Shown here: positions 19,820 through 29,575 of the stretch, one piece after another
Layout: each line of letters opens with the position of its first letter
How positions within the stretch are numbered: position 1 is the stretch's first letter
Assembly (NCBI GenBank): GCA_963662405.2
Contig: CAXXKT010000002.1
Location: forward strand, 320,001-384,000
Length of the DNA stretch: 64,000 nt
DNA from: Syntrophales bacterium
Lineage (GTDB): Bacteria > Desulfobacterota > Syntrophia > Syntrophales > UBA2210
Reading direction: 5' to 3'
Program-made: the position numbers and the translations under genes
The notes under the pieces: generated by a model
Told to the model about the DNA's origin: nothing
The model's database searches: none
The model's input: the letters and a program-made list of their open reading frames with translations, nothing else

Positions 19820-20482
19820 ATTGATAATCTCGTACTGAATGGTTTCTATTATCAAATTTAGTTACATTCAGTAATTCCCGGTTAAGTCTTTGCATATAAG
19901 TTTTGAGTATTTGGTTCTTTTACGTTTTTTACAGTATCGGGGTCTGCAGGCATTCATCCACGGGTAAACCCGTGGTATTCTGTTTACGACCGCATAAAAT
20001 AACCGATCATTTTTAAACATTATTTGCCAATTCAATACGCAATTTCCAAACCGTAAATTACTATGATTCACTATTATTATTCAAATAAAGAAGCAAGATT
20101 AAATTTTACCAAACCCTCCTTTCTGTTCGTAATTATATGTACAACTAATAATATTAAATAGATAAGAGGATATAATGATATCTTGACTACCACAAGCAAA
20201 TTATGATAGTTGAATCTTATTCTGTTTTATAATAAATAAGAGTTGTATTAATATTGATATTGGCAAAAAATCTCTCGCCAATGCATTACTTCATTAGATC
20301 GTCGTTTGAAGAAGCACAATAATTTGATGCAATATTATAATGTTAGATATATTATCGATACAATAACAAATTATAAATAATCGGCATCATGTTTCAACGG
20401 AGAATTAGTCTTCTTGATATTTCCTTATTTAATAGGTCTATAACTGTAAAAATCAAACCACAAAAAGGAGGATTAAATACAA

Positions 20483-22453
20483 ATGAAGAAAATGTGGAAG
20501 GTATTGCATCGGGGGATCGGGTACGTCGGGTTTCTGATCGTCCTGGTATGGGGGCTTGCACTCTTTACCGGTTGCGGGAGCGGGAGCAGTGCCGGGAAAG
20601 CGCCGTCAACGGGTACGTTCACGGACAGCCCGGTCTCGGGGCTCGACTATCAAACCACCTACTGCTCGGGGACGACCGATGAGAGTGGGACGTTTAACTA
20701 TTACCACGGTGAAACGATCGCCTTTTCCGTGGGGGGCGTTTCTCTCGGCTCAGCAGCGGCCCAAGAAACGGTCACACCCTTTGATCTCGTTCCTGGAGCG
20801 GGGAACACGGCGAATGTGGCAGTGGTCAATATCTGCCGTTTCCTGCAGACGCTTGATGCCGACGGCAATCTTATCAATGGGATTCAGATCACCGCGGCGA
20901 TTATTGCGGTTATCGAGGACTACGTAGCGGCGAATCCCGGGCTTGCTCTTGATTTCAGTGATACGGCCGGTTTTGAGACTGAGATGACAGGACCTGGGGG
21001 GATCCTCGCGCAGTTGAACGCGGCGAATGTCTTTACGGAGAACAGCGCCGGCGTCGATCGTGTAATCCGAAGTTCTTATCAAGCCTGGCTGCACTTCGAG
21101 GATTCAAGGAACTGGTACACTGACGGATCGATCGATTATTCCTTCAGACCCGTTGTGTTCGTTCACGGAGGTTCCGGCTCGGCATCCCAGTTTGAGTCCC
21201 AGGCTCAGCGGTTCATAGCCAACGGCTATCCCCGAGCCTATCTTGCCGCCTACGACCACGATACCGGGGGAGCGGGTCCGGAAGAGAATGCGCCCATAAC
21301 CAATGCTGCTCTGAATGAGATCATCGACGGTCTCCTGAAGATGTCAGGCGCCGATAAGGTTGACCTTATCGCGCATTCTCGGGGCGCCGGGGTATCTTTT
21401 TATTACCTGGAAGACTCACCCGAGAATGCCGCAAAGGTTGCTCACTATGTGGCCGTGGACAGTCAAACAGGATTGGATTTGACCACAGGGATGACTCGTA
21501 CACCGGGCAATGTCGATATGCTTGCCCTATGGGGAGAAGGAGACCCCACGCGTGAGGTGGCTGCGGCTACGAACGTCTATATCCCTACCCAGGCGCACAT
21601 CGAGATGTGTACAGCTGCCGCATCCTTCGACGAAATGTATCGATTTTTCAACGGCGAAGATCCCGCAACTAATCAAATCGTGCCCGAGACGGGGGATCAG
21701 GTATGGATTGCCGGGGAAGTCAATTATTTTCCCGAAAACGTTGGAGCAGTCGGAACTCTGGAGATATACGAGGTTGACAGTGAAACCGGTTTCCGGGTCG
21801 CCGATGAACCAGTGAGTACATGGACCATCGGCGAGGACGGGGCATGGGGACCGGTACGGGTGAACAAAACCGCTACGTACGAGTTCGCCTTCGCGCATGC
21901 TGCGGGAGGGAACCACTACTTCTATCGTGAGGCATTTTCCGCAAGTAACTATTTTATTCGTCTCAATACATCTCCTCCCGGGGGGGGCATCGGTCTCTTG
22001 TTGACTCAAAGCCCAAACCACACCAATATCCTGGTCTCACGGGACAGGGAGATGTGGGGTGATCAGGGGGGCAACAGCGACATTCTGATGGTAGACGGAA
22101 ACAGCGTGGCCACCCCAGAAGCGGCTCCGCGAGCGAAACGGTTGTCCGCCCTGTTTCTATTGGATTGGGGGTATGGCGGTCACGCACACCTAGGCAATCC
22201 TTACCCAGCGGTATTTTACGGTACCCATGTGCTTGGTCAGAGTGATCTGTCAGCCCCCATTCCGATCTTTCACAGCCTAGGATTCATGTCCGGCCTTGAC
22301 CTCTATATGCCAGGGGCCACTCCTCCGAACCGGACGATACCAGTTGTGCTTACGCCCCGGGGCGGTGGTGGCGCAACGCAAACAATTAATATTCCTAACT
22401 GGGCTTCAAGTAATGTCAGAATAACGGCTGTTTTCAGAGATTTCGTTCCATAA
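20483..22453 (+). CDS. Lipoprotein with alpha/beta-hydrolase (lipase-like) domain
   Basis: Lipobox LFTG-C, PVVFVHG, nucleophile elbow AHSRG. Confidence 0.8.
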   Translation: MKKMWKVLHRGIGYVGFLIVLVWGLALFTGCGSGSSAGKAPSTGTFTDSPVSGLDYQTTYCSGTTDESGTFNYYHGETIAFSVGGVSLGSAAAQETVTPFDLVPGAGNTANVAVVNICRFLQTLDADGNLINGIQITAAIIAVIEDYVAANPGLALDFSDTAGFETEMTGPGGILAQLNAANVFTENSAGVDRVIRSSYQAWLHFEDSRNWYTDGSIDYSFRPVVFVHGGSGSASQFESQAQRFIANGYPRAYLAAYDHDTGGAGPEENAPITNAALNEIIDGLLKMSGADKVDLIAHSRGAGVSFYYLEDSPENAAKVAHYVAVDSQTGLDLTTGMTRTPGNVDMLALWGEGDPTREVAAATNVYIPTQAHIEMCTAAASFDEMYRFFNGEDPATNQIVPETGDQVWIAGEVNYFPENVGAVGTLEIYEVDSETGFRVADEPVSTWTIGEDGAWGPVRVNKTATYEFAFAHAAGGNHYFYREAFSASNYFIRLNTSPPGGGIGLLLTQSPNHTNILVSRDREMWGDQGGNSDILMVDGNSVATPEAAPRAKRLSALFLLDWGYGGHAHLGNPYPAVFYGTHVLGQSDLSAPIPIFHSLGFMSGLDLYMPGATPPNRTIPVVLTPRGGGGATQTINIPNWASSNVRITAVFRDFVP

Positions 22454-22488
22454 AGAGATGTGAAACACACCAGTTTAATCTCCTCGCC

Positions 22489-22520
22489 AAAGGGGTTGCT
22501 CGAAAGGGCAGCCCCTTTTT
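22489..22520 (+). terminator. Intrinsic terminator
   Basis: AAAGGGGTTGCTC-GAAA-GGGCAGCCCCTTTTT. Confidence 0.8.
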
Positions 22521-22939
22521 AATAACAAATAATCACAGGACATGAAAACAGGGAAAATATTTCGGGCAACAAGACAAACAAGACACCTCATTACCGATTG
22601 TATACCATGCCACGCCACTACCTTCTCTTTGACTGAACAACGGCACGCACCAGCAGGGAGACCGTCGCATCGATCTCCTCGATGAGACTCTGCTGCGCAC
22701 AGTCTTTCAGATACAGCATATGGATCGTGGAGACGCTAGAAGGCACCAAGGAGAAGATTCCTTATAACATGGGGCTCTATGCAGGTCAAAAGATCCAGTT
22801 TTTACCCTCTGCAAAGGTCAGATCAATTTCCTGCAGAGATTTTCGAAAATTCTCATAGGCGGCAGTTTCATAAAACTGGATATTATTGCTTGCGTGATTC
22901 AATACTTCTAATTTAGGGTATTGTGTGTCATGTTCTTTG

Positions 22940-23180
22940 TATGGAAAAGACAGATGCACGTAAAATCAGTAAAAAACATACAGTATACCCTGCGCAAGCA
23001 GAGAGTTCGGCTTCGTAAGCAAGAGAAGTCTAATCAAGAAATTGTCCGGATTGTTGGTGCCACAGAGCGCTATGCCATCAAGATTTGGCAGCAGTATGTA
23101 CGGGAAAGTAGCGAGTCTCTCAAGTTTGGACAAGGAGGTCACCGTAACAGTGTTTATCGCAAGCTGGTGAAGGGCTTTTA
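22940..23180 (+). pseudogene. IS630-like transposase N-terminal remnant
   Basis: MEKTDARK.. frameshifted into QYTLRKQ.VRLRKQ.KSNQEI; similar remnant near 36610. Confidence 0.55.
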
Positions 23181-23182
23181 GC

Positions 23183-23277
23183 TAACTCTAAAAAGGCGCT
23201 TTGTCAAGAGATAGTGCAATGAGACTTTCAAATGGTAATGAGTTATTTTCCCATGAGATTGTTTTAAGGAGTAGTAG
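23183..23277 (-). repeat. Repeated non-coding module, copy E (interrupted by IS110)
   Basis: TAACTCTA-N11-TGTCAAG-N12-GAGACTTTCAAATGGTAATG..GTAGTAG. Confidence 0.75.
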
Positions 23278-23289
23278 ATACCGTTCTTG

Positions 23290-24258
23290 TCAAGCGAAAG
23301 CTGGTTTATAATTTGGGTCATACTTTTTGCCGGATTTCAGGATTCCAAAGATAATGTGCACCAGCTTCCTCATTATCGCACAGACAATCACTTTCCCGTT
23401 TTTTCCTTTCTCTTTAAGGCGATTATAAAAAGCAATCATAACGGGATTACATTGGATCGATACCAGTGCCGGCATATACAGAGCTTTTCTGAGCCGCGCA
23501 TGTCCGATTTTGCATAACCTGGGTTTGCCTTTAATAGATGATCCTGAAAGTGTTTCCCGTGGCGCAAGCCCGATGAACGCCACCAGTTCCCGCACATGAC
23601 TGAATTTGTCCAGATCATCCAATTCTGCCAGGATGTGAGGAATGGTTGCCGTGCCGATACCTGGAATGGAAGCCAAGAGCCCTTTCTTGTTTTTCAGGTT
23701 CGGATCCCGATCAATTAGATCAGCAATCTGTTCCCTGATTTTCTCTATTTCCTTATCAAGATAGTTAATGTGTTCTCTGATCAATGGAATAACTGATTCA
23801 TGAGCTGCACTTATTCGATTCTTCTCCTGACTTCGCATGTTGATCAGACTGTCAACTCGCCTGACCAACGCCCTCAGGGCTCTGATCTCCGGTGAGGGTG
23901 GACTCCAGGGATCTGGTCTCATAGCCAGACAGAATCTGGCAATCAAGGCTGCATCAACCTTATCCGTCTTGGTGCGAATCAACTCGCTCTGGCCAAACCC
24001 TTTGATGCGAGCGGGATTGACAACACTGACCACATGGCCGGTTTCATGGAGATAGATCGCCAATTCCTCTCCATAGTTGCCGGTCGCCTCAAGGCAGGCA
24101 TGTACCTTATGAACTCCCTGTCTCTCCAGCCAGATCGTCAGTGTCTCAAAACCTTCCACCGTATTTTTGCAGGTTTTGTGTTTTGTCTTCCCCTCTACAA
24201 GAAGTGCAACGTCGAATTTCTGTTTTGCGATATCTATCCCAAGAACCGATACTGACAT
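23290..24258 (-). CDS. IS110 recombinase/transposase, intact
   Basis: DEDD residues GIDIAK, LEATG, KTDKVDA; Tnp domain GLAP...SGSS. Confidence 0.95.
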   Translation of the reverse strand: MSVSVLGIDIAKQKFDVALLVEGKTKHKTCKNTVEGFETLTIWLERQGVHKVHACLEATGNYGEELAIYLHETGHVVSVVNPARIKGFGQSELIRTKTDKVDAALIARFCLAMRPDPWSPPSPEIRALRALVRRVDSLINMRSQEKNRISAAHESVIPLIREHINYLDKEIEKIREQIADLIDRDPNLKNKKGLLASIPGIGTATIPHILAELDDLDKFSHVRELVAFIGLAPRETLSGSSIKGKPRLCKIGHARLRKALYMPALVSIQCNPVMIAFYNRLKEKGKNGKVIVCAIMRKLVHIIFGILKSGKKYDPNYKPAFA

Positions 24259-24294
24259 ACTACAATACTCCCTCGTACATTAATCTAATCTCCA

Positions 24295-24470
24295 GTAAAA
24301 TAGCTTCGTTCGAATCAACCTTGTAAGTGCAAACTCATTCCCATCTGAGAAGGTTTATGATACCGTACGAGTTATTGAACAAAGCTGTGGGAAGAGGATC
24401 TACTCTACAAATCATGCTCTCTGGCATCAGGTGAAACACAGATTCACTCTCCCCATTTTACCCCAGTGTC
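24295..24470 (-). ncRNA. Bridge RNA (target- and donor-binding loops); boundaries approximate
   Basis: Guide segments TTCACCT, GTAG, ACGGTATC and ACAAG match the element's target and donor junction, in the expected order. Confidence 0.8.
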
Positions 24471-24665
24471 TCAAGATCTCTTATATCTCCTAATCCCCTT
24501 CTAGAACACAAGGTGAAGACAATTTTCATTCCTGTGCCTTGACCTCATCCCTTGATTAGGTACGTATAAATCACCGGCACGGATGAGTGCCCCGGTGCAG
24601 GACTTGTAATCGACAGCCTGTATAGATGGAATCGTTTTTCCATACCTTAAAGACGGAGCTTGTTT

Positions 24666-24838
24666 ATTTTGAGAAGTATCAGACAAGACAGGGGGCTCGC
24701 GGAAGCATATTTGAATATATTGAAGTTTTCTATAATTGAGTTAGAAGACATTCGTCATTGAATTATTGCTCTCCCGCTGAAATTACAAGAAAAGCGTGTG
24801 TAACTTCGTGGGGTGCCCACTTTTCCGGGGCAAGATCA
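24666..24838 (+). mobile_element. IS3 right-end remnant, same family as 15852-17116, opposite orientation
   Basis: Degenerate [19 protein letters not shown] and terminal ..GGGGCAAGATCA. Confidence 0.85.
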
Positions 24839-25136
24839 AATGGGAATATATGCCGTGTTGACTATCGCGAACAATCCTTCCCGATCATTAATGGCAATCT
24901 AAGCACTCGGAAATCCATCATACTTTTTACCTTACCTTGAAACAGAATCTATCTGCATTTATCATGTGCCATCATTTACCAGAAACTACTTGACCTGTAA
25001 CGCTCTTCTTTGTAAATCAAAAGTTAATCAATCATTCAATTCGGGCGCTTGCTGAATATAGAAGTGGTGGATGGTGAAGTTCTTTTAGTTATTGGGCTGT
25101 TTGTCTCGAACAACTCAGGTGTATAGGAGGTACTCA

Positions 25137-27641
25137 ATGAAAGCTAAACCTCGATCATCGAAAAGTAAAAGCAAAGATATCAGTCCCGAGAAGAAGACAT
25201 TCCCTTATATTCCCGAAGCAATCATATCCCATGTAGGGGTTGGGATATATATCGTACAAAACGGTACTTTCGTCTACATAAGTCCGTTTCATCAAAAACT
25301 CACGGGCTATTCTGAGGCCGAGCTTATTGGCCACAATTCCCTTGCACATGTCTATCCCGACGACAAGGCAATCGTCAGAGAAAAAGCGATTCGAGCCCTG
25401 AAGAGGGAAGGTACAGAACCATATGAGTATCGGTTCATCAGGAAAAACGGAGAGGTTATGTGGACCTTGGAAATGGTCACCTCCATAATGTACGAGGGCA
25501 AACGGTCGACACTCGGAAGTTTTATGGATATTACCGACCGGAAAGCCATGGAAGAGCAGACCCGCCAATCGGAAGAGAAGTATCGTAGTATTATAGAGCA
25601 GATGGAGGAAGGATACTATGAAACTGATTTCTCAGGTCGTTTCCTCTTTGTGAATAACGCACAGTGCAAGATTCTCGGATACTCCCGTGAAGAGTTACTC
25701 ACTATGGATGGCATCCTGTACCTTGATGAAGGGACAAACGAAGAGCTAGCCCGTATCGCCGAGGAGATTTTCAGGACAAACGTATCTGTCCGGGCGTACG
25801 ATGTACACGCAATAAAAAAAGACGGATCAAAAGCGATTCATGAAATATCCCTTTCCCCCATACGGGACGCGGAAGGGAATCCGACGGGGTTACGCGGCAT
25901 TTCCCGGGACGTTACGAACCAGAAAGCCATGGAGGAGAAAATCAGAGAATCGGAGGAGCGATATCGAACCATCATTGAAGAGATGGAGGAATGGTATTTT
26001 GAGACCGACCTGACCGGCAACCTGCTATTCTGCAACAATCTCCTTGCCAAGAATTTGGGACGTCCCCCGGAAGAACTAGCCGGGGAAAATTTCCAAACCT
26101 TTGTCAAAGCAGAAGACGTAGGAAATGTATACCAGACATTTCACGAAGTCTACAAGACGGGGGAGCCAATTAGAGATTTCCCGTATGAGATTCTTCAACC
26201 AGATGGCAGTAGCGCGTTCACCGAGTTTTCCATTTTCCCCAAATGGGACCATGAGGGAAAGATGGTGGGGTTTCGTGGGGTCGGCCATGACATCACAGAG
26301 CGGAAACGCACGGAAGAGAAAATTCAGTACCTCGCCACCCACGATACCCTGACGGGGTTACCCAACCGATTGATGTTCAATCAGCTGTTGAGCCACGCAA
26401 TCGAGGCGGCACGTCGGCATAAACGGCAACTCGCTGTCCTGTTCTTCGATCTGGACCGCTTCAAGATCATCAACGACACGCTGGGGCATGAAGCGGGTGA
26501 CCTTCTGCTACAGGAAGTGGCTGCTCGTTTGAGAAAGAAGTTACGGGCGGTTGACGTCATTGCCCGTCTCGGAGGCGACGAGTTTGTCATACTCATCGAA
26601 GAAATTCATAATATTGAGCAAGCAAAGGCCGTAGCCAAGACCGTACTCTCTACCGTCATAAAACCGATTACCGTTATGTCGCAGGAATGCAGGGTCACCG
26701 CGAGTGTCGGTATCAGTTTTTACCCCAAGGACGGCGAGGATGAACAGACATTGATGAAAAACGCCGATATCGCCATGTACTTTGCCAAGGAAGAAGGCAG
26801 GAATAATTATCAGATGTACTCCAAAAACATAAAAAACCTGTCCATCGAGCGGCTTTCAATTGAACAAAACCTTCGCCAAGCGCTCAAGCGAAACGAATTG
26901 TCACTGCATTACCAAGCCAAGCTGGATTTTAAGACCTCAGCCATCACCGGGGTCGAAGCTTTGCTCCGCTGGGATAATCCGACCCTTGGTCCTGTGCCCC
27001 CTCTGCAATTTATCCCGGTGGCGGAAGAGACCGGCTTGATCGTGCCGATCGGGCGATGGGTTTTGAAAACAGCCTGTGCCCAGAATGTCGCCTGGCAGCG
27101 CCAAGGGCTTCCTCCTGTTTGCATAGCAGTGAACCTGTCATTGCGTCAACTCACCAACGAAGGTCTGTTGAGGGACATACAAGCAGCGTTAGATGATTCA
27201 GGGATGGCGCCACACCTTTTAGAGCTTGAAATTACCGAAAGTATGGTGATGCGTAATCCTGAGAATATTCTCAAGATCCTTTCCAGGATCAAAGCTATGG
27301 GGATACGACTCGCCATTGATGATTTCGGGACAGGCTATTCTTCACTCTCTCAACTCAAGAACTTTCCCGTCGACACGCTGAAAATTGATCGCTCATTCGT
27401 TAGAAACATCCCGGACAACTCAGATGACAAGGCCATAACCGAGGCGATCATCGCCATGGGGAAAACTCTCAGTCTGACAGTTGTCGCGGAAGGAGTAGAG
27501 ACAAAGGATCAGATGGAATTTCTCCAAGAGCATGCCTGTGATGAGATACAGGGCTTCTATTTCAGCAAGCCCATTTTGCCTGACCAGTTCGCCGACCTTC
27601 TAAGTTCACATGCTGCCAAGAAAGAATCTGCGGGAAAGTAA
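25137..27641 (+). CDS. PAS x3 - GGDEF - EAL diguanylate cyclase/phosphodiesterase
   Basis: Three PAS/PAC blocks, RAVD..GGDEF, VEALLRW, DDFGTGYSS; AGGAGG RBS. Confidence 0.95.
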   Translation: MKAKPRSSKSKSKDISPEKKTFPYIPEAIISHVGVGIYIVQNGTFVYISPFHQKLTGYSEAELIGHNSLAHVYPDDKAIVREKAIRALKREGTEPYEYRFIRKNGEVMWTLEMVTSIMYEGKRSTLGSFMDITDRKAMEEQTRQSEEKYRSIIEQMEEGYYETDFSGRFLFVNNAQCKILGYSREELLTMDGILYLDEGTNEELARIAEEIFRTNVSVRAYDVHAIKKDGSKAIHEISLSPIRDAEGNPTGLRGISRDVTNQKAMEEKIRESEERYRTIIEEMEEWYFETDLTGNLLFCNNLLAKNLGRPPEELAGENFQTFVKAEDVGNVYQTFHEVYKTGEPIRDFPYEILQPDGSSAFTEFSIFPKWDHEGKMVGFRGVGHDITERKRTEEKIQYLATHDTLTGLPNRLMFNQLLSHAIEAARRHKRQLAVLFFDLDRFKIINDTLGHEAGDLLLQEVAARLRKKLRAVDVIARLGGDEFVILIEEIHNIEQAKAVAKTVLSTVIKPITVMSQECRVTASVGISFYPKDGEDEQTLMKNADIAMYFAKEEGRNNYQMYSKNIKNLSIERLSIEQNLRQALKRNELSLHYQAKLDFKTSAITGVEALLRWDNPTLGPVPPLQFIPVAEETGLIVPIGRWVLKTACAQNVAWQRQGLPPVCIAVNLSLRQLTNEGLLRDIQAALDDSGMAPHLLELEITESMVMRNPENILKILSRIKAMGIRLAIDDFGTGYSSLSQLKNFPVDTLKIDRSFVRNIPDNSDDKAITEAIIAMGKTLSLTVVAEGVETKDQMEFLQEHACDEIQGFYFSKPILPDQFADLLSSHAAKKESAGK

Positions 27642-27645
27642 AGAC

Positions 27646-28170
27646 TCAAGAAGAGCTGGTCGGTGGAAAGGATAAAAACAAATGCATATGTTCTATAGAT
27701 ATTTCCATCTCGGTTACGTCAAATTCATAATCCTCGCTGATCTCTCGGATGAGCTGTCCCGCTCGTTCCCGAATATCCGCCCGCTCAAAAACCTTTTTAC
27801 GGTATTTCCGACACCACACAAGATGATAACCGGCCACCGCCAGTGTGTTGGCAAAGGTCGGAGCGCTCCCCAGGTATTTTTCGGACAGGACCGCGAGGTG
27901 CTGTTCCAGGGCGGACTCCGCCTTCTGCCAGTCGTTGAGGCGGGCGGAGGTGGATTCCGACTGGTAGTCCCGGATGCATTTTACGACGGCGTTGTGCAGG
28001 ACCTTGAGTGAGATCTGGTCCTGTTCGCCGGCAACCTCCAGCAGTCTCTTTACCTTTTCCTGATCCATCATTCCGTCCGGGATCGCCTGGCAGATCATCC
28101 GGGCGCGCTGTGCGTTGCCCGCGCGGCTCCAGTCGTCAGCGACGATCCGATTCTCTTTTCCCTTTACCAT
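27646..28170 (-). pseudogene. Chimeric ORF: phage-like protein fragment fused to an IS200 tnpA fragment
   Basis: C-terminal YHLVWCRKYRK..EHMHLFLSFPP is TnpA-like; N-terminal part is GC-rich like the phage module. Confidence 0.6.
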
Positions 28171-28205
28171 TTACATGAGGCCCCTTTCGTGGTATCGGCA
28201 CTCAC

Positions 28206-28282
28206 GTGGATGGTAGCGCTTCGGCGCCCTGTGCGTGGCCACACAGGTTTACGGGAGTTGCAGCTCCCGGAATACCGTCCAC
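28206..28282 (+). ncRNA. Candidate cloverleaf RNA, copy 1
   Basis: 10-bp closing stem plus three hairpins, one with a C(UUCG)G loop. Confidence 0.5.
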
Positions 28283-28397
28283 CCTGCTTTTTTCCGTCAA
28301 TACAAACCGTCAATATCTCTCCCGGATCTCACCTCCGCCTGATCAGTCTTCCCTTTTGCTGTTTACATGATGCCTTTTTCGTGGTACCGGCACTCAC

Positions 28398-28478
28398 GTG
28401 GACGGTAGCCCCCTTGGCATCCTGTGCGCTCTCTCTCACAGGTTTTCAGAACACCCCTTTTTCCTGAATACCGTCCAC
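28398..28478 (+). ncRNA. Candidate cloverleaf RNA, copy 2
   Basis: Same fold with diverged arm sequences. Confidence 0.5.
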
Positions 28479-28485
28479 TCCCCTC

Positions 28486-29043
28486 TCATACCGTCAACGA
28501 AAACCGTCGGTTCATACGGTCTTCCAGACCTCTTACCAGCTCTGCCTTTTCCCCGGTGAACCGTTCCCACCGCTTCACGATCACGTCGCAGTAGACGGGG
28601 GTCTTCTCCATCGTGTTGCAGACCCGTCCCATCTGCTCGCATGCCATCAGGGTCGTTCCGGATCCTCCGAACCCGTCCAGGACGAGTATGTCAGGGCTGT
28701 TCGGCGTGCTGTTCCGGATCATCCTGCCCACCAGGGGGATGGGTTTCTGCGTGGGATGGAGGGGGTTCCGGGACTGGCGGTCCTCTCGCAGAACGGTGGC
28801 GGCCTCGCATCGCCGCATCTCCTTCACCAGTTCCACGAGCTCCGCGCGTTTCATCCGGGAGATGTCCGCCTCCTCGTCGATCACGGTCGTCAGTGAGTAG
28901 TCCATGCAGAAGTAATGGGCCCGCCCAGGCTTCCATCCGTACAGGATGGGCTCGTGCTTCCAGTTGTAGTCCGTCGCGGTCAGATCGCTCAGTTTCATGG
29001 TGGTGAATCTCATGGCGCTTTTCTGTTTCTCCTTCATCTCATG
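28486..29043 (-). pseudogene. Phage-type DNA N4/N6 methyltransferase, internally deleted
   Basis: HPTQKP, VLDGFGGSGTT, YCDVIVKRW present; catalytic DPPY region absent. Confidence 0.75.
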
Positions 29044-29051
29044 GCGCCTCC

Positions 29052-29489
29052 CTATTCCCCATCTTTGGGTATCGCCCTCATCTTGTCCAGGGCGCGGAAC
29101 TTGATATCCCACAGTCTCACCGTCTCGGGACTGATCTTCAAAATACCGGCAATCTCCCGGGGTGAAATCCCGAAATGCAAAAAGACGGCAAGAAGGAGGA
29201 CCTCGCCGTAGGTCATGTGACACCCGGCCAGGAAGGAACCCGTGAGGGCCGTGAAGAACTTCCCGCACCGCCGGCAGCAGACCCGCTTTCCCTCCCAGAA
29301 TCTCTGCAACGCCTTTCCCTCCATCTCACCCCGGCACTCCGGGCAACGGACGGGTCCTCTCCCGTGGATCGTCCCGAGGATCCATGCCCTGCAGGCGTCC
29401 TCATCCAAAAACCCCGCACGGAAGGATGCAGCAACGTCATGAGGTACAAACACGTTGCGTCCGATGTTGTCTTCTTTTCTTGCCTTCAT
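29052..29489 (-). CDS. Zn-ribbon plus HTH protein (resembles IS1595 N-terminus)
   Basis: CPEC..CRRCGKFFTALTGS, then ISPREIAGILKISPETVRLW. Confidence 0.65.
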   Translation of the reverse strand: MKARKEDNIGRNVFVPHDVAASFRAGFLDEDACRAWILGTIHGRGPVRCPECRGEMEGKALQRFWEGKRVCCRRCGKFFTALTGSFLAGCHMTYGEVLLLAVFLHFGISPREIAGILKISPETVRLWDIKFRALDKMRAIPKDGE

Positions 29490-29575
29490 TTTGATGAGTT
29501 CCGTTTTTCCATGCGGTTTTTATTCGACAAGGAGCGAAAAGCCGGGCTGCTCCGTCTCCGTATCCGAAAAATCCC

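Larger units (their letters stand above)
23276..24512 (-). mobile_element. IS110-family (IS621-like) element with CT core at both junctions
   Basis: Minus strand ..TTCAC-CT-TGTGT (left junction) and ACGGTAT-CT-ACTAC (right junction). Confidence 0.88.
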
